This document shows positions 1 to 13,845 of a stretch of DNA of 64,000 nucleotides, piece after piece. How positions within the stretch are numbered: position 1 is the stretch's first letter; every line of letters begins with the position of its first letter. Source of the DNA: Eledone cirrhosa (Eukaryota). A program made the translations under genes and the position numbers. The notes below the pieces were generated by a model, which did no database searches, had not been told where the DNA came from, and saw only the letters and a program-made list of their open reading frames with translations. The DNA lies in the NCBI GenBank assembly GCA_964016885.1, contig OZ024741.1, positions 143,530,001 through 143,594,000 on the forward strand, given 5' to 3'.

Positions 1-2604
1 CAACACTGCTACTTGGAGTTGTTTACCGTCCCCCAAATTACCATCAGGACACTCAGCTTTATGATATCCTCAGAGCTGTTGCCAGGAAAACAGCCACCTA
101 TGTTTTATTGCAGGGGACTTCAATCACCCTGAGATTGACTGGGAAACCTTTCATTGGCCACAAAGTGCAAATGATTTCTTTGAGCTGGACTGGACTCGAA
201 CTGGTCCTAAGTAGTCACCTCCCGAATAAGAGGTGACAACACTTTGGATCTACTCTTCACCACTACTCCTGAAACAGTTATTAGTGTTACTACTGAGGAA
301 CCTTTAGGTGACTCTGATCATGCTATGACCATTGCCAATCTGTCCTTCATGGGCAGTAACAAAAACCACAACCATCTCCAAACTGCTCACTTTGACTGGA
401 ATAAAGCAGACTGGAACTGTTACTACACCGAGCTGCAACGTCCAAACTGGCTTGAATTTTACAACTCTGGAGATGTCAACACTGTACTCCAGAACATCCT
501 GAACTCAATATGGACAGCATATGCAGCATCAGTGCCACGTAAGCAGAAAAAACATCCCAAAAATGCAATTTGGGAGACTGCAGCAGTCCGTCTTGCCAGG
601 AAAGAACATCGTAATGCTGAACGTGAGTACAAACTGCATAAATCAGATTTCAACAGGAAAAACCAAAATAAATCATCCAACCATCTTAAGCAGGTGACAA
701 AAAAGGCAGTGCTTGAATTTGAACAGCGCATAGCAACCAACCCTGACAGTAACGTGTTCTGGAAATATGTACATTCAAAGCAGAGGCCTCACCCTCCAGT
801 TGGTCCTCTTCGCAATCCCCACACAAGCCAGATTACTGACGACTCCAAGGAATGCGCAGAACTCATTGCTGAAAGCTATGCAGGCATTTTCACTGTTGAA
901 GACTAAAATGTACCATCTCCACCACCTCTGACATTAAATTCTATTACAACTATGGAATTTACACCTGCAATGCTGCGACGTCACCTTAAAAATAAACACA
1001 ACCATGCCTCTCCTGGTCTTGATGGTGTTACGTACCTGCTTCTCAAACGTGGTGGGTATTTCCTTCTGCACCAGCTATCACTCTTCTTTCAATTCTGTCT
1101 GAACATCAGTGCTACTCTGGAGCAGTGGAAAACTGCCAGTGTCATTTCTCTGTTCAAAAAGGGTGACTGCACGTCACATGTGAACTATCATCCAGTCAGT
1201 CTTACTAGCTGCATTGCTAAACTGATGGAATCCTGTGTCAGAGAAACACTTTATAACTTCTGGAATTCTCAAAGTCTTATCCAGCCCTTGCAATTTGGAT
1301 TTATCCCTAACTCCAGTCGAGTTTCTTGAAGACATCACCCGGATCACTGATGGCGGCTCATGGGTGGATGTTGTTTACCTTGACTTTGCTAAAGCTTTCA
1401 ATTCTGTGCCACACAAAAGACTTATGGCAAAACTCTCTGCAATGGGTGTTAAGGATGATCTTTTTAACTGGTTGAAGTCCTTCATTCTCAGTCGAAGAGA
1501 GGTAGTCACGGTTCTAGGACAGCATTCCTCAGGGTATGAGATGTCATCTGGTGTACCACAGGGATCTGTTCTTGGTCCCCTTTTGTTTGTGGCATATATT
1601 AATGACATAGATGCCAACTTAAAGAATGCCACAGTACTATGCACAGACATCAAGCTGTACCTTGAGATAAAAAGGACAGATCCTGAATACTATAGATCTT
1701 TCCTGCAATCAGACCTGGACACAATGCAACAATGGATCACGGACTGGCAACTCTAGTTGGCTGTGGACAAGTGTACCACCATGCATTTTGGGAGTAAAAA
1801 CCGAGCGTCCACATACTCCCTCCACAACACTAATGTCAAGAAGTCTTCTAGTGAACGTGATCTGGGCATTACTGTCAGCAGCGATTTGCGTTGGACGAAG
1901 CATGTCTCTAAAATTGTCTAGAAGGCCGAGGGTGTCTTAGCATCACTCAGCAAGACCTTTGTCAGCCGCTCTCCAGCTATCTATTTAAAGCTATATATAG
2001 CTATGGTCCAGCCACACTTAGAATTTGCATCACCAGTCTGGAACCCCTATCTTACACAGAACATTGACCATCTGGAAACTGTTCAGAGACGTGCAACCAA
2101 GCGAATACCCTCCATCAGGGATCTACCATACTCTGAACGCCTTGCTTCCCTGGGTATGGATACATTGAAGCTCTGACATCTGGCAACTGACTTGGTAAAC
2201 GCCCACAAAATTATTAACCATCTTGTCAACAACAACCCTGAGTACCTTTTTGATTTCCATGTGTCTAACAGACGTGGGCATGCCCACAAAGTCAGAAAAC
2301 AGCACAGCTCCCATGACTCTCGGAAACATTTTTTCACGCTCAGAGTTGCTGAAGCATGGAACAAACTACCTGCATCAGTTGTTAGCTGTCGAGACACTGC
2401 ATCCTTTAAAACCTCCATGCTTCCTGAGATTCGCCAACACTACACCTGATGTCCCCCCCTCCATACACATGCACACATGTATATCATGACTCGTACACTG
2501 TTCATTTTCCTGACATTTGAACATTATTCTATGTACTATGCATGCACGTTTGATGAGTTGTAGTTCACCTGAGCACTGTACACAATTTCATTATTATTAT
2601 TATT
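1..2604 (+). mobile_element. Decayed CR1-clade LINE (endonuclease + reverse transcriptase, ORF2 3' portion) ending in an (ATT)n tail
   Basis: Fragmented ORFs show APE motif AGDFNHPEIDW (~110-145) and SDH (PLGDSDH). RT motifs: ASPGLDG, PVSLTSCIAKLME, VDVVYLDFAKAFNSVPH, SGVPQGSVLGPLLF. The C-terminus RRGH..K..K.....RKHFFTLRVAEAWNKLP is CR1-type. Several stops and frameshifts; cattattattattatt tail at ~2589-2604. The 5' part lies outside the window. Confidence 0.88.
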
Positions 2605-3199
2605 AGAAAGTCTTTCATTATAAATCAACTTGATTGAGGTTGACCTGTGGCTAAACCACAACTACATTGGCTTAGAGAACAATCTCGATGGTTATCACAA
2701 ACATGAAAATCCTGAGCCTAAAAATAACAGCCAAATTAAATCATAATGTCTTTAAAATGGTAGGAGAAACCAGAGAATGTGGACGTAGTTACATTGTGTA
2801 TAAAAGGATGAAGTGATCATGTCCGTAATATCTTTGACCATGAATTAGCTAGATCTAGGTTGACCAAGGTCTAAATAACAATTACGGGGGCTTGTGGGAG
2901 CCCTCACATTACACCTCGCAAGAGATTACAAGGATTGCTTGTTCCTGCTCAACATGACTCAATCTTGTTATTGTAATAAATATTTACAGGTGTGTTCTGG
3001 TGAGACAGTTCAAATATGAATGTTCTATATTTAGAAGCCAAATACCTGCTGACTTTCTATTTCAATCAACAGGTGGTGTCATTGCTCAGGGAACTTTCTC
3101 TCCTTGTCAAACAAACACAGAACAGATTCTTTTTTTATTGATTAGTCAGAGAGGAGTGGCAGTGCCCATGACTCTTTTCAGAAGGGAGAATATGTTCCA

Positions 3200-3509
3200 A
3201 CCAAAAATGTTTACAGCCCGCGGGCCACAATCCGGCCCGCCAGACCAGTCAGAGTGGCCCGCGATGACTGTTTTTTATTTTTACTTCATATGCTTTTTTT
3301 TTTTTGTAACCTTAATACAATTTTCTGTTAGTTGACCTATACTAAAGGACTTCACTGATAGGGTTATGTGTGTTATAATTTCCCAGTTCCATGTTATGGA
3401 AAGAAGTTGTAGTGAATCTTTGGAATAGTGCTTAATAAATATTAATGGCCCTAACAGTTGTTCCAATGTTCAAAAGTGGCCTGCCAATGGAATATATTGC
3501 ACACCCCTG
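3200..3509. mobile_element. Non-autonomous hAT (Charlie-like) MITE remnant
   Basis: GC-rich 'gcccgcgggccacaatccggcccgcc' subterminal motif and a right end 'ttgcacacccctg' (reverse complement CAGGGGTG...), typical of Charlie-type TIRs. The left TIR is not clearly visible. Confidence 0.5.
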
Positions 3510-3569
3510 GCTCACAGCAAAGTGGACTCAGTTAAAAGCAACCAAATCTGGATGATGGATTAAGTCTAC

Positions 3570-3825
3570 CACCTAAGTCAGCCAAAGTGGGATTTGAACT
3601 CAGAACACGAAAAGCCAGAACTAATACTGTAAAGTGTCATGTCTGTTGCTCTAACTAATTCTGACGACTCTCTACCCTGGCCTGGTGCCATATTTTATTG
3701 GACCTGAAAGGATGAAAGGTGAAATTCACCTCAGTGGGATTTGAACTCAAAGTGCAGAGAGCCAGAAGAATCATCACAAAGAGTTTTGCCCAATGTTCTA
3801 ACAACTCTGTCAAGTTGCTCCCTAA
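3570..3825 (-). mobile_element. Two tandem degraded tRNA-derived SINE copies
   Basis: 'gtgggatttgaactca' (reverse complement of a B-box, GAGTTCAAATCC) occurs at ~3587 and ~3735. Same family as the copies at 50520, 51600, 53150 and 59140. Confidence 0.6.
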
Positions 3826-4249
3826 ACCTATCAGTTTAGCTACTAAAATCCTTATTTCAGATCAATGTAATCAAAATTCCCATCCCATATACTCAATTTA
3901 TTCAATATGCACCCTCATTATTATCAATGTTTTCCAACAAGGAGGGGGAACAACTCCCAACACATTTGGCCTTCTGACCACATCAGTGAAATAGCCAACT
4001 ATCATGATTTCAATGGAAAAAATATAATTTTCCCCCACTCAAACTCAACACTGTAATTTGGCTAGTTGAGACAAATTTCACGACTTATATGTTCCATCAC
4101 AGATTCTCAGTGTGTTGTGTTTGCCAGCCTTCTATAATGTTGCACAGAGGTTTCTTGGATGTTTTATTGATATCCTATCAGGTCACTATTTTCCAGTGGA
4201 AGAAAGGCAGGGTTAGAACTGAAAACTGATACAGATACTGAGGTACAAA

Positions 4250-4655
4250 CAATAAATGATGATGACACCATTTGAGGAGACCAATGAAAAGAAAGGAGAA
4301 AACTATGGTGATCTGGGGGAAATATGTCGGAATGATGGGTGGCAAGCAAGATGTGAGCTCGAGGTGGAATGCAGTGGGTTTGCAAGCCATTTCCCCCAGC
4401 AAATCCTACACATTGCTTGGCATTGCAGGAATCAGTAGACAAAAGATCCCCAAAGAAACAGAAGTCATTTCAAGGTGGTTGTGACTCAAAAGGTAAGCCA
4501 TGAGCAGGACAGTGGGCAGTAACACAAGTTGCAGTTCCATCAACTTTGGCTGGGCTTCCTGAACGAAAGTGTCTGACATTGAAAGACTTAAAACACCCAG
4601 TTAACATCACTGATGATGGGTCCAAAAGCATCACAAGATGATGCTTGAATAGATA
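4250..4655 (+). mobile_element. 3' fragment of an R2-group (HERO-like) non-LTR retrotransposon: restriction-like endonuclease C-terminus plus 3' UTR
   Basis: Frameshifted translation TPFEE..EKK.ENYGDL.EICRNDGWQARC.LEVECSGFA / TLLGIAG....K..TE..SRWL*LKR resembles the REL C-terminus (TVPWEE...RK..KY..L...C...GW.A....EVG.RGF...LLGI......ASRWLWLKR). Recognised from family knowledge, not from a search. Confidence 0.6.
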
Positions 4656-6145
4656 TATATTTGTGAGGTACAGAGTTTGATTCTTTGTAGTAGCTGCTAG
4701 CCACTTTCTTCTGTCTATAGGAGTATTTTATCTGCTTTTCTAAGCTATTATTTATTTATAAATAAATGTTATAGTTATTTTCTGAATTTGAGATTTCTAC
4801 ACTTTTCTAACACATATATATATATAGATACTTCGTTTTTGAATTTGTTTTGCAAGATTTCTTATCTGAAAACGTGTGTTGAAACAGATATTGTTATACT
4901 TTGTGAGAGTCATGTTGTAAACCGGAAATTTATAATAAATTGAAGTGAAAACCAACAGGTACATGTGTTTTTATTTGCAGCATGACCCTGCCAAAGTATA
5001 ATAATATATATATATATATGAATAAATGTTTATGCTAGAACACAGCATATATTAGAATATTTAAGATACATTTAATGTGGATATAACTAGTTTTTGAATT
5101 AGAAGCCTCACTGTTTTTCCTCTTAGAAAAGATTGGACTGATCATCACAGTAAATGAGTGATTTAATAGAAACATATTGGGTATCTTACTTGTATTGGTG
5201 AGTGACGGTCTTCTCCAGTAGCATGCATTGCTAATCATCACAGTCCTGTATCATCTCAATTATGAGGTCAGTCTTCACCACTTGGTAAATGGATCCCAGA
5301 CAGGTTTCATCCACTTCAAAAGTTTGGCATTTAAAACAACTGACATCCTTCAAACATCACATATCCATACCAGCATAAATAAGATAAGATGAGGTGAGGA
5401 GAAACCCACATCTCATTTAAAGTCCACTTTCCCAGTACTGAAGAGGGGCTACTGACCTCCCAGACAGACCAAAGGGAGTCTGTATCCTGCTTATATACGG
5501 TGATTATTGAGTGCAAAGAAGTTTTTTTTTACACAAACTGAAGGATCCTCCTAACCCCTTGTTTAGCAAGCTTTCTATAGCCAGATGCCTTTCCTAATAC
5601 CAACCACTTTACAGCATGTACTAGGTGCTTTTATTGTGCTGATCACCAGCACTAGGGAGGGTGTCATGTCCTTGGCATAACTAAACGGTCCTCCCAACTA
5701 TTTGTTTGGCAAGCTTTCTATGGATGGATGCTCTTCCTATCACCAACCAGCAATGTGGATTGACTGGATGCATTTTTGTGGTAGCATCACTAGAGAGGTT
5801 GTTGGTCATAGACCCAAATGAAGAGCCCTCACAGCTCAACATAGGTATTGTTATAGGTGTTTATGAGGATGGGGAGGGGGTGTAGTGGTGTGGTCGATAT
5901 GGTGGGGGCGTGATGGAGAGATAGGTAGGTGGTAAGCAGCAGGGGTAGTTGTTTTGTGTATAGGAAGAGAGGATGTAGTGGTGGGGGATGTGCTGGATAT
6001 TGAGGGCGGTTGTGGAGAGATAGGAAAAGGGGTAATGAGGGAGTAAATAATGGTAAGGGGGGGGGGGGGGCTGAACAAGGGGTAGAGAGAGTAGCTACTA
6101 GGCTGCAATAGTGAGGATATCTAAGGTCTTCAGAGAGGGAACAGT

Positions 6146-6330
6146 TGTGGGATGTCCCACAAAATGCAGCACATATTGCAGGTTGGACGACTAATGCAGT
6201 TTAAATTATGGGATGTTCCACACAACACAGCACATACTGTTTAGGCAAACAGCTAATGCAGTTTAAACTATGGGATGTCCCACACAACACAGCACACTTT
6301 GTGGGAAGTCCCACAAAATGCAGCACACTT
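6146..6330. repeat. Degenerate minisatellite, ~62-bp unit (about 3 copies plus a partial)
   Basis: Recurring 'tgggatgtcccaca...cagcaca' at ~6148, ~6209, ~6271 and ~6302. Confidence 0.7.
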
Positions 6331-7057
6331 AAGGTGGACAATATAAACAAACAGTTTATACTGAACTCTAATCCCCCTCATGGATCCCAAAAAGAAAATT
6401 GTGTTGGGGTGGGTGGAAGGAACTACTTTCGTATATTGTACTTCGAATAGAAAAAAATATCCTTGCCATTCTAGAGAATTATCAATTTACTGGTATCCTA
6501 GTAACTGGTCAATAAAAGACTAATTTAAGAAGAAGTAATAAACAGGTTGTGATGTTCATGCTTTCCCATTCTAGGGTTCTTAATCTTTTTGATTTTGTGG
6601 CACATTTCCCATGGAAACTAAAAGTAACTAAGTTAAAAATATAGAAAACTATTGCTTAGTTAAGGCAATGATGTAGTTTGCTTGAAGCATTATGTAAAAT
6701 GTTGAAAATATTGTTTTGTCTGAAGGCTACCACAATGAAAATTGGACAGTAAATGTTAAAAATATGATAATTATGTTACCTTACAGTTTCTTATATTTCG
6801 AGACAAAATCTTATCTTCAGAAGAAACTAGTTTAGTGTTGTATATATTTTGTCACTCTTAAGCTGTTTTTTTTTTTTTTTTTTTGAAAGTGCTGGTTTTC
6901 TCTTTCTATTAATGTTTTGATGAAAGGATTTTATCCCAAAATAAAAGGACCTATAAAGTGCAAGATAAAAATATAACAATGATGTTAACATCCAATTCAT
7001 ATTCTGGCAGCCTTCAAATAAAACACTTTTCTTCATTGCTTGATTTGTTATATTAAA

Positions 7058-7260
7058 GGCATGGCTGTATGGTTAAAAAACTTGCTTTACAACCTTGTAG
7101 TTTCAGGTTTACTCCCACTACTTGACACCATAGATGAATACTAGTCACAGATTGACTAATGCGTTATGAGTGGAATTCAGTACATAAAAACTGTCCAGAA
7201 ACCTGTTGCATACATACACGTGTCTGTGTCCATGTTTATATCCCATAACATTAGTGGTTC
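7058..7260 (+). mobile_element. Degraded tRNA-derived SINE
   Basis: A-box-like tggctgtatggtt and B-box-like ggtttactccc; related copy at ~56950-57110. Confidence 0.5.
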
Positions 7261-7831
7261 AACAAAGAAATTGATAAATTATTTTATAGGAACCAAGCCA
7301 ACCATACCTCCATGCAGTGGTCCTTAGAAAAGAATTTGTTATGCTTTGCTAACAAGACTGTGTATGGAAAAAATATGTTGATGAATGATGATATACATAC
7401 ATGTGCATTCACATTAACTACTCATCACATATTTGCCGACCATTAGACATGATGTAGCATGAAAAGAAAGAAGTTCCAGATATGAAATATTAATACTGAG
7501 GATCAATATGATCAACTAAATTGCATGAAGGTGGTGCTACAACATGCTTGCAGTCTAATGGCTAAAATCACAAATGTGTCTAATAAAATTGTTTAACACA
7601 TTTTTCAAGACACTCATGTAGCAATATAGGTTTTCTAAGATATTTTCCGCCTTAGTACATATCTTTTATTCATAGTGATCACTGTTAACCTTGCCAACTA
7701 AATAGAATATGCTTAGCTGAGAAGGTGTTATAAGACTGAAACACACCCATTACTATCACCAGTTGGCTTTAACCCATTTGATACCAAATAACCCCTGGTT
7801 CTATGATTCAAAATTGTCTGTTCAAGTGTTT

Positions 7832-8080
7832 ATCATCATCATTGTTTAACGTCCATCTTCCATGCTAGCATGGGTTTGGACGAGAATTGTCCCACTTGAG
7901 GCAAGATTGGTTGTTTTGCTCGTATATGACTGTCTGGCGGGATTTCTACGGTTGGTTGCCCTTCCTAACACCAACCACGTTTATAGTGTGGACTGGGAGG
8001 TTTTTACCATGTTACCTACACGGCCACATTACAGCGTGGACTGTGTTTTTTTGTCGTGACACCTACACAACCTCATTTAT
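7832..8080 (-). mobile_element. SINE 3' part with RTE-type tail ((ATG)n end)
   Basis: 'catcatcattgtttaacgtcc...' start; highly similar to 24112-24377 and 19003-19270 (cccttcctaacaccaacc core). Confidence 0.75.
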
Positions 8081-8189
8081 TTAGGACTGGATGTTGTGGT
8101 ACCAACATAACTTTACATCGAAAGGGGTGGTGTAGATGGGGGTGGGGGTAGTGGGACGGGGGGTGTATTTTGGTTAAGAGGTGCCTACT

Positions 8190-10050
8190 GACTATAGGTT
8201 TCGCTTTGTACTTAGGCAAGGCGGGTCTTCTGTACTACTGCATAGCGCCAAAGAGCTCGGTCCAGTGACATTGTCTTGGAGAGGCGTAAGTGTGTGAGGT
8301 TGGAATTTATCAAGTCGTCCCAGGTTTTTCTGCGTCTGCCTACTCCGTAGCTCCCGTCTATTTTGATCGCCCTGCACTTTTCTATACAGCTGTCGTCTTT
8401 CATGCGCATCACGTGAGCATACCAATGTAATCTTCTCTCGAGTAAACAGCATCTGATCCCTTATTCCTAATTTCTCACTTAGTTCATTCCAACGGAACAT
8501 GCAAGCTTCGTTCCTCTCCAGTCTGCGTAGATCCTCTGCACACAATGCCCATATCTCACTGCCATGTAAAATCGCTGTTCGTATGCAGGCATCATACAAC
8601 CTGCCTTTCATTTTTAGAGAGAAACCTTTAGCGGCCAATAGTGGTATAAGCTCTCTGAACTTTTTCCATCCCGTTCTGACTCTGGCTACTCTACTTTCAG
8701 GGCACCCTCCACCACGAAAGGTGTCCACTATTTCTATAGAACCATCTGGGCAATGGAATGAGCTAGTATTCTGTGGGCATTTGCTGCTACTTATTGCACC
8801 TGAGCACCGACCACATATAAAATCTATATTCTTAGTTAGCTTACCTGTCATCCCACTACATCTCATCTTTTATGCACCCATACTTTGCATTTGGGACATA
8901 AAATGGAGTTTCTGCCTACTCCTTTCCTACAAACTGAGCATGGCCATTTCCCAGAGGGCACCTGTACCCTATTTTCCTTTCTAAATACTAGGCCTTTAGT
9001 CTTAGATAAGTTAACTTTAAGGCCTTTTGATTCTAGGCCATGCTTCCATTTTGGAATTTCTTCTCTAGTTCAGCCATTGATTCAGCTACAAGCGTTAGAT
9101 CATCTGCATATAGGAGTTCCCATGGGCAGCCGGTCTTGAATGCCTCTGTTATAGCCTGAAGGGCAATATTAAATAGTAGGGGGCTCAGGACGGAGCCCTG
9201 ATGAACACCAACTTTTACGCTAAACTCCTCACTATATTCGTTGTTAATTCTAACCTTGCTGACTGTTTTTTTATACATGGCTTGTATAGCTCTCACAAGC
9301 CATTTATCAACACCTAGTTTTCTAAGGGCCCACCAGATAATCGAGCGGGGTACTCTGTCAAAGGTTTTCTCCAAGTCAACAAAGGCTAAGTATAGGGGTT
9401 TACTTTTAGCTAGGTACTTCTCCTGTAGTTGTCGTACAATGAAGAGAGTGTCTGCTGTACTTTTATCTGACACAAACCCGAACTGCATTTCGTCTAGATC
9501 AATTCGCTCTCTGATTAGTTGCGCTATTACTTTTTCTGTGACCTTCATGACCTGGTCAATCAATTTAATGCCTCTATCTAGGGCATCTCCTTTACCCTTG
9601 TAGCAGTTAATGATGCTGCTGCTGCTACGCCAGTCCTTCGGAACGACCCCATTCTGTATGACTTGGTTTACTATCCGGGTGACCATAATGTGTCCCACCG
9701 TTCCAGATGCTTTCAGCATTTCAGCAACTATTTCCGAAGGCCCAGCCTCCTTCCTATCTTTGATTGCCTTACTTAGTATACTACCTTCAACTTGCACTGC
9801 TGGTCACTTTATTGGATTGATGAGGGGGAGACTGTCTTTCTCCCATTTATTCTCCTCGTTTAGTAGCCTTTCATAGTGACACTTCGCAAGCTACCTTCTT
9901 ATCAGCGTCAGTGATGGTAAGTACACCATCATTACGGACACACTTCTCCCCAACAATCTCACGGTTTTCCTTGACACATTGCCTAGCAATCCTGAACACC
10001 TCACGTTTTTGGTCCTCGCGTTGTAGAACATGCTTGAACTTTCTTTCCTC
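8190..10050 (-). mobile_element. Decayed 5'-truncated RTE-clade LINE
   Basis: Minus-strand fragments show AGPS, KGKGD, QFGF, AFVDLEKTFDRVP, GVHQGSVLSPLLF, LLYADDL, KGRLYDACIR..LHGSE.W and GRRRKTW. Homologous to the copy at 27887-30722 but with more stops and deletions. Confidence 0.9.
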
Positions 10051-11150
10051 TATCCAAACACTTTTCATCATAATTTTATGTAAAAACAATTGTTTAGTTA
10101 TCTTTCAAACATAAGTTATATATATATATATATTACTAAATCCCCTCAAACTCTTGATTATTAAAAAAAAAAAAAAATTGAAATATGGAAATAAAAGGTT
10201 TAAGGACCACATTTCACTCCATACAGTTTAAAAAATTTCAATCGACTGAGCTTATTTGGAGTTAACCAAACTTGACTTAAATTTCAAAAAAGAAAAGGGA
10301 GCTTAATCTCAGTTAATGAAAGATTTCCAATTGACTATTACATAAGTGAGAGCCTAGGTTTGGAGAGTCTGGCCTTGCATTGACCTCTTCGGAGTTGGTG
10401 CCATGATAAAACGCACCCACTCCACTCCGTAAAGTGGAGAAAAATACACCTAACACCTTATATTGCAAGGTGTTTGGTGTTAGGAAGGGCATTAGACCGT
10501 GACAATTTGTCCAACCAATATCAGTGTGAAGAGCTGATGTAAAATTATATGCAGAATGGAGTAATTTCCCTTAGCTTCTTCCACTACAAGCCAATGGTCT
10601 GCTAATCAAAGCTGGTTAGTCTCACGCCATCTTCCTTGGGTACTACTGATTCAATATCTCTAATCAAATATGTTGATCCAGTCGCCTTTGCCAAATTTTT
10701 GTTTATTTATTTATATCAAACAAATTAAAAACGAAATTCACATTCAATTTTAAAACTATTTTCCCCCTCACATTCACAGGTGATAATTCGACCGTTTACT
10801 TCACAAAAGGTTAAAAAAAACTCAATGGTATACAATTTTTTTAAAAGTGGTCTCCTTGACTACAGAACTCTAGGTAAGAAAAATGAAAATATTTCGTCAC
10901 ATTGAGCTTAGTTACAAATGTACTATATCTATCTATCGAGTACCTTTTTATCTGTGCTGAATATGAGTGTTTCTGAAGAAGACAGCCGATTGAACAGGGA
11001 TTTCGAGACTAGAAATAGTAACTTGACCACTACCATACTAGTGGATACATTGACCCTCTGAAACGCTCGTAAAACGATGAACTACATCTGACTTTTTTTA
11101 AAATTGTTTTATGCACAAATACACTTTAAAGAAGCATATTTCATATAGAA

Positions 11151-11233
11151 CTACAGGACTAGAACCATTTCATTTGTATGAAATCATCAAGATCTGATTA
11201 TTTCATACAAACAAAACAGTTCTAGTCCTGTAG
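11151..11233. repeat. Imperfect inverted repeat (hairpin) of an interspersed element
   Basis: ctacaggactagaac...tgtatgaaat pairs with atttcataca...gttctagtcctgtag. A single-arm relative occurs at 18238-18280. Confidence 0.75.
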
Positions 11234-13845
11234 AAGACATTTCTATATTATACACACGGTAAATTTTACAAGATATTTTCGTTTTCTTATTTCAAATATT
11301 ATCAGCAGGTTACTTTAATAGAAAAATGGTTGCTTTTTAGAAAAGGATTTAGAAGCAGATCAATCGCCAGTCCAAAAGAAACCAAATAAACTGGCTACTG
11401 ACTAGCAGACGGTTTTTTTTTAGAGGGGGTTTATATAGCACATCAGTTTATTTTATGGATCTACACCCGTTTCGGGATGCATGGTGAATTTTTTGAAACT
11501 GGGTTTTCAGCAATTCCAAACCTGTTAAGAAAAAGCTTATATACTGATTACCATCCATGTAAAGTGATAAATCGAAACAGCTCACTCGATGTGTACGTCT
11601 GAAAAAAAAAAAGAATTCAGTGAAAGTGCAAATGTTATTTAGCCTCAAACAGCAAATATCAAGGGCGTTCCAGCCACGACCGTCTCTTAACCCCCCCATA
11701 ACAAAAACAATGAAATTCGACTGCGATTTCTCGCATGTCAATTGACCACGCAGATTCCTCATCGAGTCGAAACATGTAGAGAAGCAATGAAGATAAAGTG
11801 ATATCCTTCGTCGGAAACTAATGGGTTTCGCTTTAGGTATATAAAATGGCAGAGCTGAAGAAAAAAGTACCCGTTTATTTATTTTTTTTTTTTTTGTTAT
11901 CTTCCCGATTTTTGAAAATTATTCTTTAGTAAAAAAAAAAAAAAGTTTGATTTAATTTTTTCATGCCGACTTGTTCCATCACATACTTTGCAATAAACCA
12001 TCGCCCACATATTTGGCTCAAGAAGACGAGGGTAGTTGAATATAAACATTTCATTTTGTCGAATTTTTCCTTTCACTTTAAATGTTTAGCCTATTTCATA
12101 TCTAAAGCGAAAGTTTTGAAACCACAAGTTTTACATTAATTCTAAGAGACTTTGAGCGGTCGCTCGAACTGCTATAACTAGCAGCAAATTCCCCTTCGAA
12201 TTATAACCCATCTTCAAACTATTTAAAAGTTAGCTTCACAATTGAGGTATTCGATCTTAACTGCGTAGCGTCTTGGAGCAAGTGCCTTCGATCATGACAC
12301 TAGGTACAAGAAAAAGCCCTTAGTTTAAAATTGTACCATAATTCAGAAGACAGTTTCGTCAGTGTGTCATAGCGATTCTGCTAATAGGCAGAGTTAGGGA
12401 AGGTAAACATTTTTGGAATACTCAGTCATTTACAGTATACTTTAACCTAAGTAAAAGTTCAATTGACTGAACTGAATATTCGAAAATGTTCATACACATT
12501 TGGATATCAGAAAGCTACTATTCCAAAATAAGCATTAAAATGAAACTGGCGCAGTCGTGTTTTGAATATAACACGTTTGAAAGAAAAACTTCCTATTTAA
12601 AAACAAATATATACAGGCAGGAAGAGTTTATCCATCAGAAGAAATTAAATTTGGACAGAAAATAAACTAATATACACACCGAAAACAAAGTTGCACTTTA
12701 AAATTAAGTAGAATAAAAAAAAAATAAGACAAATAGTATTACCTTTTATTTATTATTTTTTTTTTTATTCACTTTCTTTAGCATATACATATAATGGGGA
12801 GGCTGGTTGTGCTAGGTGTAGCGGAACGGTGTCCGATTTGTGTATATGAATGTGTTGTATATGCGCTAGGGGCTATGGACACAAAACACCTCTGCATGCA
12901 CACACACACACACATATCCTATCCAGCAGTTCACTAGGGAGGTGTGTATGAGATAAATACTACACAGAATGCAATGTATTGTGTGCACATTAGGAATGGT
13001 GAAAGAGGATTCAACACGTGCTATACTGGACAAACACTAACAGTCGAAGTTTATGTATACGTCTATATATGTGTGTGTGTGTGTAGAAAGACAGCTTTCC
13101 TTCATAGTGTTAACAGGTCAAAGTGTGTGTGTGAAGGGGTGGGGAAGATGAGACAGGGTGAGAAAAGGAGGGGGTATATTAAAACAGAAAAATATTGGTG
13201 GTACAGACATTACCCTCCTGGCCGTCTTACAGCATGTGTGTGCTTGTCGAGATTTTTAATTTTCTGACAGACTCGTTTAATAATAGTGGCGGCGTGTCTC
13301 ATCGTCCTATCGTAATTATAATATATAGCTAACAAAAAAGAAAATTTATATCTAAAAAAAAAAAAAAAAAAAGATAGAAGGGTCAAAGTGACAAAGGAGT
13401 TGAGATTAGGGTGTGAGAGTGGTTGGGTGGCCTCGAAGACAAATCTTTCACCTAACACACTGGTACACGATATATATAGGTGAGGGGGAGAATTATCGAT
13501 AAGACAGGAGTGTGTGGAGGGAGGGAGAAGATACATACATCCTAGTTCACGTCTTAATCCTTTGTAAAAAAAAAAAAAAAAAAATACTAGGAGTTTAATA
13601 AATTAGTTTGTGTTTTTGTAATGTGTTTTTCTTCGTCTTATTCATGAAATAGTAGAGTTAATGTATATTAACGTCTACGATAAACTAAAGAATGGCATAT
13701 TTGGGAAGGTTTTTAAATATTCTTTTCATTTTTTTCTTTTCAGGTGTTAATTTATATTTGCGAATCACCAAAATTCTTTTAGTACCAACAAAATTATTTC
13801 AGTCCAAGCACCGACAATTTTTTTTTTTAATTTAAAAAAAAAAAA

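Noticed and set aside
244-2449. Active CR1 reverse transcriptase gene
   Set aside because: Multiple in-frame stops and frameshifts, and the YADD motif is destroyed.
4608-4650. CTGATGA followed by short hairpins (hammerhead?)
   Set aside because: Lacks the GAAA core box and stem I; better explained as the retroelement 3' UTR.
5851-6108. Pro/Thr-rich ORF and G-rich tract
   Set aside because: Low-complexity purine-rich sequence with no homology cue or splice context.
6146-6330. Palindromic repeats with variable intervening sequence (CRISPR-like)
   Set aside because: The 'spacers' are similar to each other; this is a degenerate minisatellite.
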